64,000 bases of DNA. Source: Mesotaenium endlicherianum (lineage: Eukaryota). The notes below the pieces were generated by a model. It was given only the letters and a program-made list of their open reading frames with translations, searched no databases and had not been told where the DNA came from. The DNA lies in contig WELA01001939.1 in assembly GCA_009602735.1 (NCBI GenBank), positions 798,629 to 862,628 on the forward strand. The letters are read 5' to 3'. Positions 10,454-24,249 of the stretch are shown here, in pieces (within the stretch, counting starts at the first letter, position 1; each line of letters begins with the position of its first letter). Position numbers and translations under genes: made by a program.

Positions 10454-13400
10454 ATGTTAGTATCTGCTATGTCGCTGCCCACAATGCCAGAGAAGCCGCC
10501 TGACAAAGATGCACCCACGTTGCGTGTAACTCTTGCTAAGTCGGCGTACCGTCCTGGCGAGGTCGTCATTGCTTCTATAGACTTGACTAATGCACTTGGA
10601 AAATATACAAAGGCGCAACTCCTACAAGATCTGGAGGAACCCTCATCATCTATTAAGGCCACTAATTTCGCAGGAGCTGTTTTGATAGAAGACCTTATAG
10701 TCGAGCTGAAAGGTCTCGAGAAGTTGGATCCTGCTTGGGTACAAGTGCCGAAATTACCTGCTGGCTCAAAGCAACCCAGGGGTGGGGATCTTCCCCTCTT
10801 ACTTCAAGCTACTCACATACTAAACAAAGTGTACTTCCTAATGAGCGACTTCCTCGTCATGTTGTGAATTCTGAAGGAGCTTCTTTTTTCAATGTATACT
10901 CTTTGACCGGGTGATATACAGTAAAGAAGCACAAGGCAGAGCAGTTTATAACCTTAAGTCCGCTGAAAATTACATTAGCTGGTTTAAATTCAGCAGCTAA
11001 AACTGTACTTGGGCAAAAAACTATCTACTTTTGACGGTCAGTATGGCTTGTGTAGCAAGTGGTGCTGACATAGGATATTTGTGAAGGTAATGCCTGTATC
11101 ATTTATGTACCTTGAGAGCGTACTTCACGCCGTCTCGTAACGATTATGGTACAGTTGCATAGCTAGCTAACTTAAGAAGAACCATCATGGGTAATGAACT
11201 GCGTTTGCCCTCTGTCTTATCTGGATATGATATAGAGCATGAATAATTTATTCCTATAGAGTGTTGCTGCTATTATGTTTGAAATGACTGCACTTCCTCA
11301 TTTTTCTTTTGCTTTTGAGCCTATAGTCTCATCAACTTTCAATCTGTCTCAGGAATATATGGACCTCCTAAGTTTGTGCATTCAGGCCAAGTGTGCTGCT
11401 CAAATTCTAGTCTCTGAGGTTGCTATTTCAGTACATGTACTGAGCTGGTAGCTGGGGTTTGGTGGAGGTGGGCTAGAGTTCTGCTGAGTCTGATGGAGTT
11501 GCCTTGATGCTGTTAATATGTGCAGGGGAGAGGGCAATATTAGAATCGCAGCCAACGTCCATCGTCTCAGATGTTGTCATAGAAAGAGAAGGAAGCAGAA
11601 CTTGTATGGCTTTCATCTACCTTCTCCATCTTTACTTTTCTCTACAGAGTCAGGAAAAGTGTCTTCACTTTAAGGAAGTGGTTATATTGAGAGCTTTCAT
11701 ACCTCCTGAGTTCTTCGAATATGGTGAAGATAGGTTGCCTTAAGGTTGTGCTGAAGCTGAGTTCTGTTTCATGAGTGAGGGAGGGTGGCTGTCTGTTCTT
11801 CTAAGAAGCTTCTACCAGATCTTTACTTTCTGTTTCAGCATAATGAGGGGAACAAGCTTTGACAACCACCACCATGTACTGCATAGAAGAACTTGATCCA
11901 TGCTGAAGTGCATTGTCTAGAATCATACCAAGACTAAGAAGTGCGTTGTTTGGAATATACCAAGATTAGACTAAGAGCCACCCATTCTTCTTGCTTGACA
12001 TGATGATGTCTTCAAAGAAGATTACCTTTATGCAGCTAGGGTTGTGGATAGAGATTTGAATACTAAGTTCTGAACAGTTGAGGCTTAACTCAGTGAGCAG
12101 CTTCTGAGTGGGGGCTGCTTGCAACAGTTACAGACTTGCAGGTAATAATTCCCGCATTTTTGCCAGCTGATTGGGTGAAGATTTTCACGCCGTCTAGGTC
12201 AATGGGGAAATTGACTTCTTGCAGATACCGTCAGGGTAACCCTACCCAAAGTGTTGCCCCCCTCCTACAGAGGGACAGCCGTAAGATACCACTACTACCT
12301 CAGTGTATATGTGAAGTGGAGCCCTGTCGTGACAGCCAACGGGGAGAGTAGCGATAGAGTGCAGGGAGGAGTTATGGCTGCACCTGCTCCCCTGGTGAGA
12401 GTACTATCCCATTCATATGCATCATGAACCTCCTTAATCATGCCAACACTCCAGCCTTTCTATCAACCTGTAAGTACCAAGGACCAGCAAAGGCTAAAAG
12501 TGAAAAATTAAGCCTGATATACTCTGTAGTAGGGTATCATACCATGTCCAACTTAGTCAGTTCATGACAAGTATTTGGGGACTTGTGTGGCTGGCTGTAA
12601 GCTTGTGTGGTATTGCTCTGTTGGTCGTGCATTGCCAGTTCTAGCATGGCATGGCAAAAAAAATCAAGGCCATGGAATTTAGCACTTGTGTGAGTACGTC
12701 CTCACGTAGTTGGGATAGAGCAGAAAGAAGCAAGAGTGCTTGGTGGGGAGAGAGAGAGACCTTGGGCAGGGGACGTGGTTGAGGCCTTGCAGCCAGCATG
12801 CTTTGCAAGCCCAAGGTCAGCCTGGGCTGATCGAAAATTATTGTAGTAGTCTTGCTGTTATCGTAGTTGTCAACTTTGTGCCCGCTCTTGAATTAATCTG
12901 GCCTGAGGTCAGTTATGAGTTCACGTCTCACTCGTCGAGAGAGGAGACACTCCCCCTGCATTTGACCATGCCCATCGATCTTGTCCCGTCTGTCAAGCCT
13001 TTGTTTCACTTCACCGCTGGCTACTCGCAGCGTATTCCTGTCGTTGTGGTGAATTTGTGCATCGCCTCCCTCCACCTCACCTCAAAATACCAACCACTGT
13101 TTATGTCACCCCTTCACCTCCCCCTCCTGTCACTTCTGTCACTGTAACAATACTGGTCTTACTGCCAAACACCTGTCCAACTGCTCGACCCTTGCTTCTC
13201 TGCCGGACACAAATGGTAGAGATAGAATAAGAGTAAAACCTGCACTAGGAATAGTACAGCAGCTGTCGAGGGCACCTAACCTTCTTAAACTCCTGCTCCA
13301 CTCTCTACTCGGAGGGGCAGGCTCGTACACCTCCTTGCTCTTACATTTCAGGCGAGGTTATGTTTTCATTGAGGCCTTCCAGAACTTGTCGGCTGCTGCT

Positions 13401-16400
13401 TGCATGCTGGCATTGCTTGAACTTTCTTTCACTGACGCACGATTGCTTTGGTCGGTGCTGTGCAGCAAGTGAGGACACCCATCCGCCTCTGGACTCTGCC
13501 CAACAGCAGCGGCCTCACGCCCGAAGAAATTGGAGCTGAGCATCACCACGGCTCTGGAGGTGGGTGTCTCTGTGTGTGTGAGAGAGAGGAAGAGAAAGGG
13601 GAAGAGATATATATATATATATATATATATGTTGGGGGTGTGTGTGAGGGTGTGTGTCCTGGCCATTTACCTGCCTGATGCTCGTCCAGATTGCTGCTCC
13701 TCATTGGGTATGGAGATCTGAGACCACTTCTATAAGACACGCTCTCTCTTTCTGTGGGGTGCCTCTCTCTTTTGGCGCAGGCATTGTGCCAGTGGCGCCT
13801 GTGGAGGTGGAGATACAGTGGCGCGAGAAGAACTCCCGCTCTAGCTGGGTATGTGTGAACACACCCCTCGCGCTTGGCCAGCAGCAGAGCTGCTGTCCAA
13901 GTCCTACTCAGTCATGCGCCTCCTCTTAGTTTGTTGCCATGTTAATGCCCCCCGCCTTCTCTAGTTTGTTGCCGTGTTGGAGCCCCCCTGCCTGCCACTT
14001 ACACATTGCATCCGTAAGAGTTTCTATTCCAGCCCTGTTTGATGTCGACACGCGTCGCGAGCAAGCATAATGCCGCACCCTCACCTTCTGACTGCAGGAA
14101 AGAGGGACCAAAAGATAGGGGGGAGGGGGGAGGGAGCACGCCTCCCTCGAATCTGTGCCAGTGCCGCACACTCTTCTGTCCGCTTGGGAGGGAGGGAGAG
14201 GAACCTGGTGTTACCCAGACTTCTGCTCGTGGTTGTTCCCTCTGCTCTGTTCAATCCCTCTCATCCAGAGTTGCTTCTGCCCTGGCGTTGCCTTGGGCGG
14301 GGGCTCTCCTACGGCCCCTTCTAGGCCCGTCTTAGGCCCGGGGTTTATCAGGGTTCTTGCGAAGCCTATGGGTTATAGAAACTTCCGTTGCTTGCATGGG
14401 CTCCAATCTGGCAGGTGTTCACATCTGGCTCTCGGCAACGGCAGGTTTGTAGTGTTAGTGCCTGTGCTAATATGTAGGGCACACCATGGGCAGGATGGGT
14501 CTCCCATGTTCACACTTGGGTCTCGATGAAAACAGGGATGCCAGGGGCAGAGTTAGTGCTTATGTCAGGCAGGATATGTGCAGGTACGGGTTCACACCCG
14601 GGTCTGGATAATGGCAGAAATGCCTGGCTCTCGGCAATGGCAGGTCTGCAGTGTCAGTACATTTGCTAAAATGTAGCGCACAGCATGGGCAGGATGGCTC
14701 TTCTGTGTTCACACCTGGGTCTGGAGGACGACAAAACTGTTAGTGGCAAAGCTAGCGCTTATGGCGGGCAGGATATGGGCAGGTACGGGTTCACACCTGG
14801 GGCTGGACGACGTCAGAAAAGCCCTAGCGCTAGTGCTAACGTGGGGCAGGATGTGGGCGGGGTGGGGTCCCTACTGTCCAGGTAGCCATGACTGACGCGC
14901 TCTCGGGAGCGGAGGACGGGGACTATAGCCAGGAGGAGGAGCTCTCAGACGCCGCCTCTGCCAGCCAGCAGCACTCCGAGGAAGACGGCCGAGGGAGGCG
15001 CGTCTTTGAGAGGCTGGGGTCGTACTCGGGCCCTTCCTCCTCCTCCATGGCCACGACCACTGCGACCGCGACCGTCGAGGAGACGGATGATGAGGAGCAC
15101 GATGATGAAAGGGGGGAGAGAGAGGAAGAGGAGGAGCACGGCCGTGGCCAGAATGGGGAGGCGACGACAGGTGGCGAGGCGCAAAGCTCGGCAAATGAGA
15201 GGCTGCTGGTGAGAGCCGAATCGGAGCCCCCGCCACGCCCGTCGCAAGGCGGACGAGGTCAGTCCACCTCTCTCTCTTACCACAAACCCCCCTCCCCCCC
15301 CCCCCGCGCGCAACCACTCACCACCACTTCCCTGCCCGCCCCTTCCCATACAGCCACCCCGTTTGTCATGCTTTCCTCATATTGCCAACTAGAAATTTGA
15401 TGATTAGGCTGTATTTCTTTCCTGGACTTTCCTCTCACGCTTCAACCCGTTCTCTCTGCCACAACCGTTTGCAACGGGGTGCTACTCCCTGCTTTCCCTT
15501 TCCCTCATTCCATCTCCCCCTCACTTGCGCCCTACTCTGACCCCAACTCTTACCATCCACCCCCCCTTTCCCCACCCCCAGGGCACTTGGAGTTCTCCCA
15601 GGCCTCTGTGCTCGTGGGCAGCCCAGTGCTAGGATTGCCAGCTCTTACTTCCTTCCTCGTGCAAAATTTAGTCCAACGTGCCCTATCATTGCTACTGGTG
15701 GCCCAGCCACACGCAGCTGGGAACAATGCATTTAACCTGCCCGACTTAGCCGTTGATGACGCATTTAGAACCGAGCAGTCCGGGCCCCGCATGCGCTAGC
15801 TGCCGCAGGCTTGGGGGAGGCCTTGACCGGGCCAGGGAGACCTGGGTGGGCCTGGGCAGGGTGGGGCCCACTGAGCCGGCCTGGCTTTTGGGGCACAGCT
15901 ACTGCCCTCAAGCCTGGACTGTCTGGTGCGCGATTCGGCTCTGGAGCTTTGGCAGCTTAGGAGTTTTGCGCCGTGGTACTTAGCGCATGCTCTCTCTCCC
16001 TCTCTCAGGCCACCCCTCCAGGGCGTCTCTTCCTCGCCTCCTCACGGCCTCTTGATTCGCGCCTGGGTCTCCTGAAGACGACGCCCCTTGCTGGAGTCAC
16101 ACCTTCCTGCCCAAGTCCTGCCCAAGTCTCCTTACTGGCTCACATGGGAGAGAGCTTTTGGCGCTCATTCTGCTGGACGGAGGGGCCTTCTTGGGCTCCC
16201 CCTCGTTGGATGCTGTCATGGACCGTCTGGATTCAGCTTTTTGTAGTCTTCATAGGGTAACCACATTTGATCCCAGTGTGCCGAGTGTGCCCGTTGCGCA
16301 CTTCTCCCTTGTCTACCTCATTCTCTTCTCCCTGTCCCCTCTTCCCTTCTCCTGAGTAAAGTCGCAGGCATGGCGGGACACCAATGGCGCATACTCTTGA

Positions 16401-18916
16401 CTGCCGTTGGTGAGCAGTTGTGCAGCTGGCTGGGGAAAATCTAAGCTTGGAAGAACACAAGACTTAACCTGCACCTCATTTTTAGACAAAACCCCTGCAG
16501 CTGCCCCCTCAATCTGCCCCTCTTCGAGCGCTTGCCCTTCGAGCCCCCCCCTTGTCCCCCACCACACACGCCCACACGCTTGAGTGTGCCCTTCCCTCAG
16601 CCACCTGTCACTTGCTTTTTTGTTATCTCCTCCTTCTTTCTCCTCCTTCCTCCCTCCTCCCTCCTCCATCATCCTTGTGTGAGTGGCACTCCTTGACCTG
16701 CCGGCCAGAGTGCTTTTGCTTGGGAGGAAAAGCACGCAAGCAGGCAGCCAGAATGCTGCAAGGCTGTACGGTCACATCCCCTCCTCTGACACCTGCTACC
16801 CCCGCCCCCTTGCACACCTGCCCGCCCACCTTACCCCCCCNNNNNNNNNNNNNNNNNNNNNNNNNNNNNNNNNNNNNNNNNNNNNNNNNNNNNNNNNNNN
16901 NNNNNNNNNNNNNNNNNNNNNNNNNNNNNNNNNNNNNNNNNNNNNNNNNNNNNNNNNNNNNNNNNNNNNNNNNNNNNNNNNNNNNNNCCCCCTCCCTCCC
17001 TTGCTCCCCCTGTGTGCGCCTGCAGAGCTCCTGCAGGGCGAGTTTGAAATGCTGGCTATGGCCAAGACCTGGAAAGGGCCCCCAGGCACAGGCACAGGCG
17101 CAGGCGCGTGGCAGCAGCCCTCTCTGAAGGTGCCGGGACTCACTCTGGACAAGGGCAACGGCACGAGCACAAGCGCCAGCAGTGCGAACGCGAGTTCCGT
17201 CGCCGCCATGCTCATCAACGGGCACCACATGGGGGCGGGCCGGGGAGGGGACGACGACGTGCTTGGGTCCAGCCCCCCCTCGCCCTCGGGTGCGGCGCCA
17301 GCACCCCTTCTCTCTCTCTCCCCCCCCCCCTTTCTCCTCTTCTTGCTCCCCTCTGATTGGACTGCGCATGCTTGCCTCTTGACCAGCTTGTTGCTTTCCC
17401 CTAGTCTGCAGGCTTGCTCTGGCAGCACTCGGGGTTTATTGGTCATGCGCCCCACTCAGCTGCCTGCACCTTCTTAAGCAATGCTCCCTCGAGCTCCACC
17501 CAGCGAGCCGCAAACCCTTCCCCCGCGTTCAATGAGCATGGAGGGACCTGCGGAACTGTGGATCCTTTGCCTGCATCTTGCCATTGCTCACTCGGCCCCA
17601 GTCCCCAGGCAGCCATAGTCTCACTTTTGACAAACAAGCAAGCAAGAGACCCGCGGACCCCTCACTCTGCTGCCTGCATCTCGCTAGCGCTCACTCGGCC
17701 ATTCCCCAGCCAGCCGGAAATACTCTGTACTCCGACTCACCCTCTACTAGCAAGCAAGGGACCCGCGTGCGTGCCCTCACGTGCGTGCGTGCATGCAGCC
17801 CCTTCTCGCCTAGCTCACGACGCCGGACTCTTGTCCTCAAAAGTGTGCCTTCACGTGGCTCGTCATCCCCCTGTCGCTTCTCCTACGGCCTCTCCTGCCT
17901 TTGATGGCTGACGGGAGAGGTTGGGGTGGGGGGGTTTGCTTCTTGGGGCGCAGGCGTGATGGCTTTCACGCGGGGCCGCACGTACAATATCCGAATAGAC
18001 GACCACATCCTCGTCAAGTTCACCCCGCGCAGCCCCCAGTCCACATACTACTTGGGCGACACGGTGAGATTCTCATTGTCTCTCTTGGCCCCCCTCTTCC
18101 CTCCTTCCTTCTCCCTCCTGTCCCCTCTTCTGGTTGGTCGTCTACTTTTTTTCTGTTGCGCTCATTTCCCCCCTTGTATCCTCCACACCCTTGCCCTGTC
18201 CCCCGCCTCGCTCTATCAACTCCCTGGAAGAAACTACTTTGCCATTGTTGCTGCTCTCCTCCAATTTGGAAGCACAAGTAGAAGCCACTCATGCACGTTT
18301 GAATATATAATCCGCATGTGACGTACCGGTTGACTTCATGTGTGGGCTGCTCTCTCCGCCGCGCAGTCAAGAAGAGAATGCAAGGCTGCGTTTAGGACCA
18401 GGCGTCCTTTTTTGCTTTGGTATAATTGTGTCCTTTGTGAAGATGTAAATGTTAATGTCTATGCTTGCGAGGACGTTGATTTGACGAGGACGTTGACTTG
18501 ACGGAAGTCGTAGCAAGGGACAGTGGTAGTATGTGGACAGCAAAGAGATGGTAAGGGTGAGGCCCCGGCAGCCTGCCACCCGCCGCGCTGCGAGGCCCCC
18601 CTTGATCTCTCCCTTCGCTGCTTGTGCTGAGAATTCTGAGACACGAGTTTTGGCCCTCAGACACACCCAAGTGGATCAGAGAAGCTTGCTAGGTGTCGCG
18701 CTGCAGACGCGCATCCATATGTGGCAGGCTCTCCTGGCGTTCTGCTGTGAAAGGGACGTCTGCCAGAAGCAGCGTGTGGGCACCGCCGCGTCTCACCTTG
18801 TCCTCCTACGTGTGCTGCCCGCGTGCATGTGTGTGTGCGTGCATGTGTGTGCTGTTTGCATACGTGTGTGTGCTGCGCGCTGGGGGTCTGTGCCGTGTGT
18901 GTGTAAGCTGTGTATG

Positions 18917-18964
<48 letters not shown>

Positions 18965-21900
18965 TGTGTTCTGGCGAAGTGAATACCTTATCTTGGCAGG
19001 TGTCAGGCACGCTCACATTCTCGCAGGAGGAGGGCGCCAGGAGGTGCTTAGAGGTGTGTGTGCGCATGCGCGCCTTGGCTCCTTCTCCTGCCTCATCGGG
19101 TTTGCTTGTTTTGTCTGCTTGCTAGAGCATTTGCATGCGAAGTACCTCTTAAAGAATATTGTGGGAGAACAAAATCTCAGTTTTGTTTTCTCTAGATTGT
19201 TTGCCCCGACCCTACCCCCCGGAAACTAGATCATAGGATGCCCTCAGATTTCAGAGGGGCCCTCCAGGAAAAGAAGCGTATTGGGGGGGTGCACGATTGC
19301 AATCCATTATATTAACCACTATATTATTGGATTTGTCCGTCCCAATGAGAAGAGAGGAAGTCAGGGGGGGCAAGAAATCCCACCAAGCTTTGCAAATACA
19401 CATGTATATGCAAGTGAATGGTGAAAGCGAGGGAGGGGGGTGGGGGAGAAATATTAGACTTCCCTGCACTTTTCTCTCGATACTTGGCTCCCCAAAGTGC
19501 GGAGTGCGACATGGATGATAGGTACATGTGTGTGAGCGTGTCACCATATTTTGTAAAGACTCGGTCTGGGCGCATATTGGAGCTGCTGCGTTCCCAGCTG
19601 CCTCTGGAGAGAGGGCTCCGACCTTCATCCACTTATCCATCTCAGCCAATCATCCGGGATTGGGGTCATCTCCTGGATCTTCTCCTTGCTCTTGTGTCCC
19701 TCGGGGGCGACTGTCTTAATCGTCAGACACTTTACTCCCGACAATCCTTACGTCGTCATTGCTTGAATCTAAGGCCTTTGTGCCGATTGGGCAGCTTACA
19801 TATAGCAGCAGGCAGACAGCAGGTTGTTCTTCACTTGCTGCCCTATGTAGGACTTGCTCTTGAACTTACCCACGCTCTCACTCTCTGGCCCGCCCGCCCC
19901 CGGGCCCGCCAGCCCGCTGGTTCACTGGCTCAATCACTCACTCCCGCTCACCCTGCCTGATCGAGTGCCTGCATGCCCTGTGCCGTGGCATGCCGCCAGG
20001 TGTCGGTGCTGCTGGAGACGCACGAGGTGGTGAATCCCATGGTGCTGCACTCCTCCAGGAAGGCGGGCGGCTTCGGTGCTGCGTCCAAGGTGTGCCTGTC
20101 CCCCCCTCTCTCCTCCCTCCTCCAAAACCATCTCGTGTCCTCTTCAAAACACCCAGTCCCCTCCCACCTCCAACCGACCCGGCGTTAAGTTTTGGAGAAA
20201 GTTTTCACACACCCCCTTCCCCCATCCCCCTCNNNNNNNNNNNNNNNNNNNNNNNNNNNNNNNNNNNNNNNNNNNNNNNNNNNNNNNNNNNNNNNNNNNN
20301 NNNNNNNNNNNNNNNNNNNNNNNNNNNNNNNNNNNNNNNNNNNNNNNNNNNNNNNNNNNNNNNNNNNNNNNNNNNNNNNNNNNNNNNNNNNNNNNNNNCC
20401 TCCCCCTCTGCCTCCCCCTCCCCAAGTTGGAAGACAACGCCCCTCAAAAATCCCCCCTGCACGCACGCGTTTGGCATATGATGCAAAGTGCAAGAGGGAA
20501 AGGCCCGGCTTTTTGAGCAAGTCGAGGAGGAGCGGGTCATGCTCGGGCCAGAGTTACGAAGCTTTGGCGTGGCCGGAGGTGACGAGGTTTTGCAGAGGAC
20601 AAGAGAGGGGCTCCGCCGAGCCGAAGCTCACGCTGAAGCACAACCTTGGATCGCGGGGTCTGCAGCAGCTTTGCCCCTACTGCAGTATTTCTTTGAGTCT
20701 GTGACGGGGGAGCTGAGGGGTGAGCTAGGCGCGGGCGGGCACCAGAGACTGGAAGGTGAAGGGAAATCAAACAGGACCAACACACAAGACTGAGGCGATT
20801 ATAAGATTGGGGAATGTGTGAGTCTTGGTGGGGGAGAGGGTGGGGGGGAAAAGGAGGAGGGGAGGGGAAGAGGGGTGGAGGGAGGGCGAGAGTGCAGGTT
20901 AAATATCACTCGATGTGAGATCCTCTGTATCTGCATGTCTGGGCATATTGGCAGTGGACCCCCCAACTTTCCCAGCATATACGCCTCTGGCTCTGTGGAA
21001 GCGGAATGAGGCTATCTTCTGGCCGAGGTTTATCCTTGGCTAGCGTGGTGCTCATCGCAGTCGTGTGTGGGGGGCGATGCCACGTTGCCAATGCTGGCTA
21101 CATGCTTGGAGTTGTCGCATACAGGCTTACTCCAAGAATTTCAGGCGCACAGCACGCAGCACCCTGCAGAAACCAGAACAGTCCATGATTTTTCTCGAGC
21201 CGACTGATTGTGCTGTCAGTGCACGCACTGGCGGCGGACGCGGCGCCGCGTGCGAAGAAACGCGCATGTCTGCGTGCCTCTGGTGCTGCCGTGTGCCGGT
21301 TCCGTCTGACGGGGACTGACGAATTTTCTCTCCCCTCCTCTCGTCCCCGCGTTGTGCTGCCTGGCAGGCGCCGCTGCACCTTCCCCAGGTGCAGACAGAA
21401 TTCCACGAGGTGACAGCTGACATGCTGGCCACGCACTTCATTTTCACCATCCCCATGGACGCTCCCGCAGCTTTCGCTACCCCCCTCATTTCTGTACAGG
21501 TGTGCATGCCCACCGCCGTTGCATCGCTCTCCCCTGCAGGCTCTAGCCTCCTTCTCCTCCTCCTCCTCCCCCTCCTNCTTGCCTTCTGGCTCTGTGCAAA
21601 AATTGCTCTGCCCCTCCGCGAGGGCGCAACTTGGTGTAATGGCGTCCGTTTGTCAATATTTTGGAGAAGTTGAACGATAATGCTTACGCTGGGGAAGTGC
21701 TGGCGCGGGCTTCTCTGCATGCTTGTAGGCTAGCATAGGAGCGCCAGTTGGCGACAGTGCAGAGATGATGACACTATGATGTAGTGGCGTTGGGTGCTGG
21801 GACGAGGCATGTGAACTCCAGTCATAGAGATTGTCGTTGCTGTGTTCATTTTCATGCGACCTCAGATTCACTTTTGTGCTTGCTCACTGAAGCTGGTGTG

Positions 21901-22430
21901 ATTGACTTTCAAGAAGCTATGCCTGCTAAGTCTCTGATATGGTTGTCCTCTGAGCTCGACTCTGGCCCCACTAGATCTGTAGCTGACTAATGTAAACACA
22001 AGGGGGTGTTCATTTACTGCTGTTTTAAAAATGCGTCCCACTAGTAAACCCCTACTTCATGCTGATAGTAATACCGGTCCATGTGTGCTTTTTTTTGGGC
22101 GGGGAGGGGGGGGGGGGCGGGCACTTGCAGTGGATATTGCGTTTCGAGTTTGTGGCGTGCAAGCGGAGGAAGCACACACCTGGCGCGTCGTCCCCTCTTG
22201 CATCAGAGGAGACAGAGCGGGGGGAGTGGTCCATGCCTATCGTTGTCCACGCGCCTCTCCCCCGCGCCCACCCTCCGAGTACGACGGACTTCCTGGTCTC
22301 CTGCCGTGTTTTTTGCGTCTTCAGCCAACAACCCTGTCTATCATCCTTGTTTCCACAGCTTCAGTCCGCACCCAACACTCGTGCGCTTGTGCGCACATAT
22401 ATGTGTGCATGTCTGTGTGTAGATGTGTAA
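10454..22430 (+). CDS. RGP1: Rgp1 family protein (RIC1-RGP1 Rab6/Ypt6 GEF subunit)
   Basis: Exons 10454-10781, 11526-11603, 12225-12394, 13466-13559, 13781-13848, 14882-15257, 17026-17289, 17954-18063, 19000-19053, 20000-20089, 21389-21499, 22131 onward; phases consistent. Motifs YRPGEVV, LKGLEKLDPAW, LPKVLPPSYRGTAVRYHYY, GRTYNIRIDD, RRCLEVSVLLET, FTIPMDAPAAFATPLISVQWILRFEF, EWSMPIVVHAP. Start may be 10454 or 10469. The 3' end is uncertain: read-through stop at 22430, or a further exon near 22703-22740. Confidence 0.9.
14426..14881 (+). repeat. Degenerate tandem repeat (about 198 bp x2 plus a partial unit) abutting the RGP1 exon 6 acceptor
   Basis: TGGCTCTCGGCAA(C/T)GGCAGGT..CATGGGCAGGATGG..TTCACAC..GCAGGATATG.GCAGGTACGGGTTCACACC occurs twice (units from about 14426 and 14624); a last sub-repeat runs into the acceptor AG at 14880-14881. 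Confidence 0.8.
15580..16260 (+). mobile_element. Possible degenerate non-LTR (LINE) 3' remnant in an RGP1 intron
   Basis: Complex, non-microsatellite sequence inside the intron; frame-shifted PAWLLGHSYCPQAWTVWCAIRLW / LWQLR resembles the Trp-rich C-terminus of L1 ORF2. No RT motif seen. Confidence 0.3.
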
Positions 22431-24249
22431 ATGTGTGATATTGTGTGATTGTGTGCATGTGTGTGTGCATGTGCTGGTGTGTGGAGAATTGGATGAGGAT
22501 GATTTCTGAGCTTTCAGCAAGTAAAATGCTCTTGGCTTGCGCGCTGCTCCTTGTACTTCCAATAAAGTAAGCTGCAGAGCTTGCCATGGGGAAGCATTAA
22601 AGCATGTCGCTTGTATAGCATGTGCTGACGGCTCATGGTGTTGATATTTTGTTACGCCTCATGCCATTGCTGAGATGTGTTCAGTCTGAGCGTTGTCTGC
22701 AGGTGGGCACTCATCTGGTGTGACAAGGCCTGCCAGATAGCACCCGTCTAGCTGGGACATCGCCTTGATAAAGCAGCAGGCTGCAAGCATTACCAATAGT
22801 TGTGATACTTCAACTTGGTGCTTGTCTATGTTGAGACACTGAGTGCTATTGGAGGTGCTCACAGAGAAGGTTTATGTCAAGAAGATGAGGTTTGTATCAA
22901 GAACGAAGGCTAGAAAATTTGGTGAAGGATTGTGCGAAATGGCGCTGCCTGACAGAACTAGATGATGATCAACTCCCTCTTGCGCGTATCATTCTTTCCT
23001 ATTGCATGTCATTCCTTGTCTATTGCCCAAGTGCTTAGCTTAGGATGTTGGGGGTAGTGACAGCTATCGACATGCTCGCAATGTGTGTGGTAAAGCCTTC
23101 GGCTTTGAAGCTTGTCTTGGCACTGTACAGAAGTATTGGGTTTGTAGCTCGTCTTTGAATCGTACTGGAACGTATTAGTGGCACATCAGATGTTCTTTTA
23201 GGAGGTCCTAATTTACAAAAACCTTTGTTGGTGTGAGCAAATATTTGGGTTAAAAAAAGATGCCCGTGCAGAATGTACTCCACTTATCCTCACAAAAAAA
23301 TAGTACATGTGCAACTGGCAATATTCCATAAAGCCTCCGTACTTTAGTTTTGTTTGAGACTTTGAATGGGTCAGACCTTCCAATATTTGGCTGAAATGTG
23401 GTAAATTAGTTAGTTAAGCTCACAATTAGTTGCACATATATTGGTGTCTAAATGTGACTACTCCCTTCGTGAGCATTGACCCCAACACAGTACAGGAGTC
23501 ACCACCATTATCTGACCGAAGTCGTTCAGCAGAGGCAAACAAGCTTGTGTATCTTATACAGCGATGCAAGCAAAGGTGTTAAATTCCTGGTGAAGTGTAG
23601 GGAACTTTTCCTTCATTAGCATAGGGTCAGAAGGAGTATTTGGTTTTCTACTATTCGTGATTTTCAAGAGTGACATTTTCACCTTTGGTCAACATCTCAA
23701 TGCTCATTAAAGTACCAAGCATAACAAACAAGAAGTAAACTCAAAAGCCAGAGCTCCATATGTACCATTATCCGTGCATGCAATACATGCTCAATTGGGC
23801 ATATCTACATTGGCTATTCTGTGCTACACTAGGTCTCAAAAATGATGGTCTGTCTGTGCATAGACCAGAATACCTCCTAATATCATTGAGGAGTAATCAT
23901 GAGATTCAAGCCTTGTTTAGGTTGGCCTCGTTAGAGGCTAAGGTTTCTCCTTTCAAAACTACTCAATAGTTGAACCAAGGAAGCTGTTAGGGGCTGCTCA
24001 GAGATATTTGACATCTGGTAATGACTAGAGATCCTTCTAAGGCTACATATTTGACAGAATTGTACATGTAAACCTAGAGGGTGCGATTCTTTTATTGCAG
24101 TGAGCTGCAGGTAGCATATATACTAGGAAGTACGATATTTGCAATATATGTGCGTCCGCACGACATTATGCATATGTAGTGTGGCGCCAACACCCGCCTA
24201 CATCTATCAATATTTGCCAGATGCCTACCTTCCAGCCACAAGAACTACA

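Noticed and set aside
14426..14860. CRISPR-like array
   Set aside because: Units are degenerate along their whole length with no constant repeat and unique spacers; eukaryotic intron; no cas genes.
16841..16987. N-runs (also 20233-20398, 49272-49350, 50112-50141, 53728-53779) and ORFs spanning them
   Set aside because: Assembly gaps at poly-C or GA tracts; flanking exon phases agree without extra exons.
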